Assembly (NCBI GenBank): GCA_017479985.1
Contig: JAFVBL010000010.1
Location: forward strand, 1-62,355
Reading direction: 5' to 3'
Length of the DNA stretch: 62,355 bases
Source of the DNA: Alphaproteobacteria bacterium
GTDB taxonomy: Bacteria; Pseudomonadota; Alphaproteobacteria; RF32; CAG-239
The notes under the pieces are model-generated. The model was not told the origin of the DNA. It was given only the letters and a program-made list of their open reading frames with translations, and ran no database searches. Shown here piece after piece: positions 41,601-50,600 of the stretch (position 1 is its first letter; each line of letters begins with the position of its first letter). The translations under genes and the position numbers were made by a program.

Positions 41601-44600
41601 CATATTTTTCAGATGATACACCGAATTCAGATGCCGGAGTATTTGAAATTGTTGTTTTTTCATTTGTCCACGCTGTAATGTCCGCTGTTAAATCCGTTTT
41701 CATTTGATTAGCAGCAGTTAGTTTATCTGTATACGGTTTTAGTTGTTCTTCTAATGCTGTAATCTGATTATTTAATTGTGTAATTTCATCACAAATTTGT
41801 TTACCGTCTGCGGTTGTCGGATTTGATACGGATATATACTTATTGCCGTCTAAACTTGTATAAGTAGTATAACCGCTCTTTTCAGCAGTACCGAATTTAC
41901 CGTTAACTGTATCATAGGCAGCTTTTACAGTAGCTTCTTTCTTTGCATCTAAAGTATAGTCTGCCAAGAAATCTGCAATAGTTATTTTTGTTTCGCTTTC
42001 ATTTAATTTAGTTTGGTAAGCATTTAACAATGCAGTATATTCAGCTTCGGTTAATTTACTGTCTCCTTCACCTACAATTTGTGATTTTAAATCATTTTGA
42101 ACAATAGTGTTAAAGTCACTATTTCCGTCTGAATCGGTTACATTATTTTTAAATGTATAGCCGCCTTCTGCTAAAGTATTTAATTCTGTGACAATTGCCT
42201 CTGTATTTGTTTTTTCAGTTTCATAAGTGGCTTTAGCCGCATTTAAATCAACTATTTCAGCATTAATTTTTTCTAATTCAGCATCTGCATTATCTATTTT
42301 AATCTGAATATTAGCCAGTTTTTTGTCTTTTATTTGCTGCCCGTCAAGAGCTTCGCCGCCTGTTAAAGTATAATCGCCGGCACTAAAACCTGATAATGTA
42401 TTCGTATCAACATCACCGTCTTTATTTATCTTCATATACTTGCTGTTGCCTTGACCTGCAACGATTTTACCATTTACGGTTAATGTATTATTTGTAGATA
42501 TATCAGTTTTTGAATATGTTTTTGAATTTCTGATAGGAATTCCAAGGAAACCATAAGATGTTGTTTTCCATTTAATTGTCGAATCGCTGCTTCCGCCGCC
42601 TGATGAATAACTTATTTCAACATCTTTGTTTGAAGTAATATCGGCATTGGATGAGATATTCAAAGCATTTGTTATTTTCTTAGTTATTTTACCGTCTTCA
42701 CTTGTTGTTGCTATAGCTGCATTTGCTTCTGAATACGTATATTGCGTTAAGTTGTTTGTTGAATTATTCATAAAATTAACATCAACAAGATTGCCGCCCT
42801 GCAATGAGCCGTCATTTTGCAAAGTATTATTAATCTTCAAATCAATATATGATTCTGCTACAGGGTCTCTAAATCCGAAGTGATTTGATTCAGCTACAGC
42901 ACGAGCTTTCAATTCGTTGTCAGAATCAAAATTTATTGTAAGTTTATCATTACCTGCAACTATTGATTTATTATCAACAGTTATTTTATTGTTATTAGTA
43001 ACATTTAACCAGTTTTTACTTCTTGGCATAGCAGTAAAACCGCTTACGGCAGAGTCTGTTTTTTGTCTGAATGCAGAAGAAGTTTTTGCCTCAATTTTTG
43101 CCTCATTATCAGCATGTAATTTTGAATTTTTAATTTCAATTTCACTTGTCTGATTTAAGTTATTCGTCAATTTCATTTCATTTTCAGCAATAAATCCGCC
43201 GCCTCTGCCGACATAATCAACCCAGTCATTATTTGCTGATTTTATGCTTGATAAAGTTTTTAATTCAATGTCATTGGCATTTATTGTTGTATCTTGTACA
43301 GATAATTTAGCACCTGATGTGTATGTATTTGTTGATGTGTTATCCATAACGGCAACAAAACCGCCGCCGCCCATAGATGCGGTATCTTTTACAGTTGTGT
43401 TATTTTGAACATCATAAGATACTTTACTATTTGAATTGATATTTGAATTTATAATATTAGTAATCGTTGTTGCAGTCAGTTCTGTGGTTGTATCATTTTG
43501 GCTGATATTAATAAAACCGCCTGAACCGTCGTGTGAAGTTGTATCAAATGTATTGTTAGACACATTTGATATATTCAGATTATTATTTGCAATATTTTTG
43601 TCAGAATTGTAATTTTTGATATTAAGTGTAGATGTTCCGTTCATCTTATTTGAAGCTTTTGTATCACTGGCATTAATTATGCCGCCTGAACCTGATGATT
43701 TTGACATAACAGAATTTCTGTTTGTAGTAAAGGCAATATCAGCATTATTCGCATTGAATTCACCACCGATATTACCGGTTGTGTTTGCGGTTGCCTCCGC
43801 ATTTATACGAACTTTTTGTCCACCGCCGACTAAACCGCCAAAGTTAAATGAACTCATATCTGATTTAACTTCCGCATTATGAGTTGCATTTATTACCGCC
43901 TTGCCAATAATAGTATTGCTGCCTGCAATATCTACATTAAGATTACTTGTATCTTTTGCATCTGTACTTGCAAGGTTAACTCCGATACCTACAGTTGCTT
44001 TTACAGCTCCTGCTGTTGCATCTGCCACAGAATCTAAATAAGAATTAATATCAAGCGATGATGCCCTATGGTCTTTTGCCATCAAGATTGTATTTGACTC
44101 TGCTGTATTTTCTGCTTTTGCAGTTGTTTCAGCAACAAAACCGACTAATGATACATGAACATTATTTATTTCGGATTTTGCCTCTATACCTTTAGAGCCT
44201 GTTTTCTTTGCGGTTTCTATTGTAGTCTTGCCGCTGTTATTTATCACTACATCTGATGCAATCTTGCTGCCGTCTTTCTCGCCATAAATACCTGACGTGA
44301 ATTTTGCATTCATTTTTGCACCGGAACTGTCGCCTGAATATATATCGTTTAATTTAACCGCAGTTACATTGGCTTTTGAAAAGGCTGACATAGTATCATA
44401 ATCAGTAACAATATCAATACCGTTTGCTTTTATTGTTCCTTCAACATTCTCCATAACAGCTTTGGAAATTACACTTGCTTCAACTTCGTTTTTAGAAACC
44501 GACACCATACTTGAACCTGAAACGGTTACTGTTGATTTTGTTGAACTTAAATCAGTATTTGTTGTTGAATGAATATTTAATTTACCTGCTGTATCAATAT

Positions 44601-47600
44601 CCGTTTTACCTATAATTTGTGCTGAAGTATTATTGCTGTCTTTGTTTTCAGACAAATCAACCGCAACAATTCCACCACCTGTTACAACAACATTTGTTGC
44701 ATCAATTACGGATTTATTTGTAGATGTTGAAACGACATCAATTCCTGATGCAGCTTTGACAGTTGTATTATTATTTGATGAACCTATTTGTGCAATAGTT
44801 TCAGAAGTGTTGTTATAAGTTGAACCTCCGCCGGAGAAAGTTAAACCTGATACATCAACTTTTGTAGTCGTTATATCAACATTAGAATTATTAACTGCAT
44901 TAACAGAAATCTTGCCTGATGTACTTTCAACCGTTCCGCCTGCAATTTCTGCAACAGCATTGTTAGATAGTTGAACATTTCTAACGGCTACACTGCCTGT
45001 TCCGAGTCCTGCGGTTACATCAACATTTCTAAGGGTTAATTTATCATCTGCTCCTTTACCTTTTAATTTGCTTTCAGCTTTTACATTAATATCATTTGCT
45101 GCTTTTAAATTACCTTTAACTCTTGCAACAGCTCCTGTTTCAACCTTAGATGAACTGTCTGTTCTGAAATTTCTTTCACCCTCATCTGTATTTTGGTTAT
45201 ATATAGTTTTAACTCTTGTATCAGCATCTTTTATCCCGCTTTCCTTTTCTGAATCGGTATAATCCAAGTGTTTACCGAGTTTTATGGAAACTACATCCCC
45301 TGCAATACCGACTAAACCTGCGGCTACACCAACATTGGTATTATCTAAACCGCCGACTTGTTTTGCACTAATATCGGCACTTCCAACATCTATCTGACCG
45401 CCGCCATTTGTTTTAACATCAGCACTTGCAAGATTATCGGAATAGTATAAATTGATATTAGCTCCAAGAGCTGCACCTATACCTACAGCAGCACCAAAGC
45501 CCATTGTATTATCGGCAAATGTATTATCTTCTGCTTTTACGGTAAGTTTACCTGATGATTTTATTGATTTTGCTTGTGCATCAACTGTTGCAACAGTATC
45601 TGTTCCGATTTCATTTACAAGAGCATTCGCAAGTAAATTCGCACCGATACCTGCTGCTCCGATACCAACATTGTAATTCGTAATTCTTCTGTCTGAAAAT
45701 GCCTGAGCTGTTATAGAATTTGAACTGCCGACAGAAGTATTATAAATTTTTGAAGTAACATCATTTTCATATATATTATAAATTACATTTGCAATAGCGG
45801 CTGCTCCGATACCTGCTCCGCTTGCGGCTATACCGTAATTTTTCAAGATATCTTTTTTATCTTTATTGGTATTTAATGTAATTTTACCTGCATTTTTAAT
45901 ATTTGAATCAGAAATATTTGTTTCAACATCTGATATCATATTATTTATGATAACATTTGTAATTACACCTGCACCTTCACCTGCAAATGACAAACCTGCT
46001 ATCCAATTATTTGAATTTGTAACAGAATTTGCATTCAATGTAACATCTTTTAGTGTATCAATAGTTGAATTTTCATCAATTATAGATTTTGTTGTTGTAT
46101 CATAAGTATTTTTGATAGCCAAACCTTGCAGAGCAGCACCTTCGCCCGCAACGGCTACACCGGCCATAATATCTCTTGTTTTGATATCTGTATCGGATTG
46201 CAGGGTAATTGCGGCATCATTAACAGTTGATTTTGTAATTTGAGCAATAGTTTCACCTTCGTATTTATTAACAAGAGGATTTACATTTATTGCAGCACCT
46301 TCACCTGCTCCTGATGCTGACACAACAATATGAGATGCATTCATATCTTCATTTGCAGTCATATTTAAAGTGCCTGCTTTAACTTTTGAACTGTCGATTT
46401 TTGCGTGGTTATTATCATCTATGTTATTGACGATAACATTAACACTTCCTGCAGCATTATTTGCACCGCCGCCTGAAACAACTATTTGATTGTTGTCTTT
46501 TTTATTCAATGCAGAAATATTTATAGTATTTGCAACTTTAATATCTGAACCGTTTGAAATAAGAGCAGATGTGTTACTATCATCATTTGTTACAAGAACA
46601 GTCGCACCAACGGCAGCTGTACTTGAAGCGCCTATTTGACCTGCAATAATATTTTTAACAGAATAATCTTCTGCCATAATATTCATATTATTTGAGGTTA
46701 AATCAGAATTTATAATTTTAGCGGATACGGTATTATCAATAGTTTTTACTAAAACAGCTCCTGAAATAGCAGCATTCGCACCTGCTGATAAGTTATAAAA
46801 CATATTCCAGTTGCCAAAATCATTGTCATAATTTATACCCGAATAATTGCCGTCAGAATCTTTTTTCATTAAGTTGTCTTGATAAGAATCTGATGTTATA
46901 TCATCTCTATCGTATTTTCCTGAACTATTTTTTGTCCCACCGATAGAATTTGCTGAAAGAGCGGAAACTGATGTTGTACCGCCGGCTTTCACAATATTTT
47001 CAGCAGTTTCATTTCCGATATAAGCATTTACGGTTTTGCCTATATAATCAACATTTATAGAACCACCCAATGCAACTGCAGCATCAGCACTTGCAATAGC
47101 AAGAGTACCGCCTCTGTTATAAATCGTTGTTTCGCTATCAGCCGCAACGGTTAGATTCCCTGTAGTTTCAAGGTTACCTTCTGCTTTTGCGATTGTAGAA
47201 TCCTTTATAACATTAACTGCAACATTGGCAGCTGCAGAACCGAGTCCGCCTGTTGAAGCTGCTACGGCAGCCGGTATCATACTAATATATTCCGAACTGT
47301 CTGCCCCAATACCGATACTGCCTGATTTTAATATCTTTGAATCTTTAGATAATTCTGAAGTTATTTCGTTACCATAATGATTTGCGATAATATTTGCTCC
47401 GATTGCTCCGCCATTTTTAGCAACAGCTCCCAATGCGGTAATTCCCTGATTTTTATTATCATAAATTGAATTAATCTTTATAGAACCGTCAGAACTTAAT
47501 TCTGAACCGTTTATTACGGCAGCATTGACTGTAGATTTTAGAACACTTACAATTCCGTTAGCAGTTATAGCAACAGTTGTACCGCCGCCTGTTTGAACAC

Positions 47601-50600
47601 CTAAATTAGCCGCTAAGAATTTTCTGTCATCGCTTGCATCTGCCTTAACCTCAATAGAATTTGATTTTTCTATTTTTGAGTTATCTATTTTTGCATTTAT
47701 TTTACTGTTATCTACTTCAATTATAGAGCCGATACCTACACCTACACTATTTTCCGCAGTAGAAACATCAACACTTCCTGTTAAATCTCTGCCGGTTATT
47801 TCTGATTTTGCATCAACTTTTATATCACCTGATGAAGATATTTTTGCGTTGTCCTTTAATTGAGCTGTCACAGTATTTTCAATCAAGTCAATTCCCAAAG
47901 CACCGTCTATTGTAAATGAAGATTGTGCTCCTGTTACAGCAGCCCCTGCTACCGCAATAGAATTAATCTCTTGAGCTAAAGCAGAATTAACTGTAACATT
48001 TTTCAAATTCACTAAACTTTGAGAATTTGTAATTTCAGAAATAACAGTTTGTTTTAATAAATTCAAATTACCTGCAACACCTGCACCTAAACCGAATGTT
48101 GCATTTGGAGCTTTTGCAAAACCTAAATCACCGCCGACATTCCACGCTGTTGTGTCAGCTTTTGAATCTAACCTAACATCAATATCACCCGTTGCATTTT
48201 CGGCATTTTTAACAGTTGTATTATTTATTATTGACTTTGTTTCATCTTTCAATACATTTGTGCTGAATGAACCGCCAACCGCAACCTTTGCACCTGACTC
48301 ATCATTACTTGCTATTCCGACACCAACCGCAGCTTCAATAATAGTGTGGTCATTATCTGCTGTTACATTTAATGATTTCGCATTATTTGAAGTAAATGAA
48401 ATCGTTGAACCGTCAATTTTTGATATAGCTCCGCCCTTATCAGAATAAACATTAACGGCAGCACCGCCGCCGACTGAACCTGATTTTGCGATTCCGCCTG
48501 TAACATTCAGCATAAAGTTTTCTCTATCAGCTGCGGCATTTAATTCTTCTCCGACATTCAATGTTGAGTTAATAATTTCAGTTGTAATAACAGACTTATC
48601 ATTAACAACACTTACCGAACCTGCAAGAGCAAGAGAGAAATTGCCGGAAGCCCCCTGAGGATTAGCTCCGCCTTCTGCTAATTGATTTGCTCCGCCTGCT
48701 TGACCTGCGGCATTTTGAGCACCTTCAGCATTTGGATTATTCTCGTTAAATAATTTATTTAATCCTAAAACATCTTCTTCGTCAGCATTTGCATCATCTA
48801 AAATATCCATCCAGTTTCCGAAATTTTGCATTTCCTGACCTTCATTACCGGCAGGAGGATTAGCATTATTCGCTGCCTGAACTTCGGTATCTGGCGATAC
48901 ACCGCCTGCAAAAGCACCTGCTGCCGTTACAAAAATATCTCGAGTATAAGACTCTGATTTTGCCGCAATTGTATCGGCAGTGAGTGTTGAATTTTCAACC
49001 GAAGTTTTTACATTTCTATCAATTGCCTGAACAACAACACTTGCACCAACTGCTGCTCCTGCTGATGTTGTTCCTTGTCCTTCTCCTGATTGTTTTGTTA
49101 ATGAACCGTTTATTGCAACTGCTGTAACATGGTCTTTTACATCTCTTGCATCTGCTAATACAACTTCATCATCATCGTTTAAGAACTCTAACCCTGTTGC
49201 TCCCATATCAGAGCCTTTGTTAGTAAATTGAACATTTGCTTTGCCTGAGTCGATAGTGATTTCAGCAGCTTCTAATTCTGAATGATTTTTGACGGCAGAG
49301 GATGTCGTTCCATGAACATTCTGTACCGTTACCGCACCTGTTAAGCCGAAAGTTTCAGCTTTTCCGCCCGGAGTTATCAAATTTAAATATGACTGTTCTG
49401 CTGCGGTATTTAATTCTATATCACCGCTTTGAGCAGTAAGTTTAGAATTATCAACAGTTATTCTTGCATTATTTGTAAAATTCTGAACGAGAACAGAGCC
49501 GCCTGCTCCTGAGCCTGACTCATGATTCCATTTGTTAAATTCTGACCCTGCTAAAGACTTAATTTCATCAATTAAACCGTTAAAATTGACAAAATCAACT
49601 GCATCATGAGCTGAAACCGATACAACAGAATCCATTATAACATTACCTGTATTAGAAGTTATTGATGAATTTGTAATATTGATATCAGAATTATTTTCTA
49701 ACTGCGAATAAATTACGGCAGCAGAAATTGAAGCCTTATCACCTGCACTTGATGCCACACCGAAGTTATTATAAAAACCAAAAATACCTGCTTCGGGCAG
49801 CATTAATTCACTTGAATTATTGCTTGTTACATCGTGAAAACCAAAATTCCAATCGTCATTTGCACTAAAACCAAAATTCATTCCCAAGGTAAGGTATTTA
49901 TTTGAAATACCAAAAGTACCTTGTTGTGCAGGTAGCTCAACTATAGAATCAATTTTTGTATCTTCTTCTGATGTTAATTCCGCATTTATAATATCAACTT
50001 TGTTATTATTCGTTTGTTTATTTACAACAAGAGAAAAAGCTCCGCCCCATTTTGCAGATTCTTCTGCATAAGCATCAGCCTCATTTGCTGTTAAATCAAC
50101 AGTATGAGCTTTAATATCTATATTTTTTCCGCTTACTGTTGAATTATCAATAATTACATTATTGGTTGTCTTGGCATCATTCCATACAACAGCCGCACCG
50201 GATTGAAAATTTGCAGTTTCAAGGACATTCTTTGATTCAGGATGAATTTGAGTTCCAACATTCCTTGCTTTGTTCGTGAATTTTGTTGCAAAATCTTTTA
50301 GCGTAAACGTATGTATTTGGTCATATCCTGTAGCCACTCTGCCTAATAAGTCAAAAGGTTTTTTATACCACTTATCAGGCGCAATATATTCTGTATTATA
50401 TCCTAAAGGATCAGTTATTTCCGCATCTACCCAGTTACTTACATCGTTAATATTATAAGCATTTAAAGTAACATCTTCTGCTGCACTAATGCTACTCTCG
50501 TTCTTAACCTCAATTGAACTTTTGATGTCAGTTGCATTCAAAATTCCTGCTAACGAAAATGCAGAACCTCCCTGACCGCCTTCTTGGGACATATCAACCC

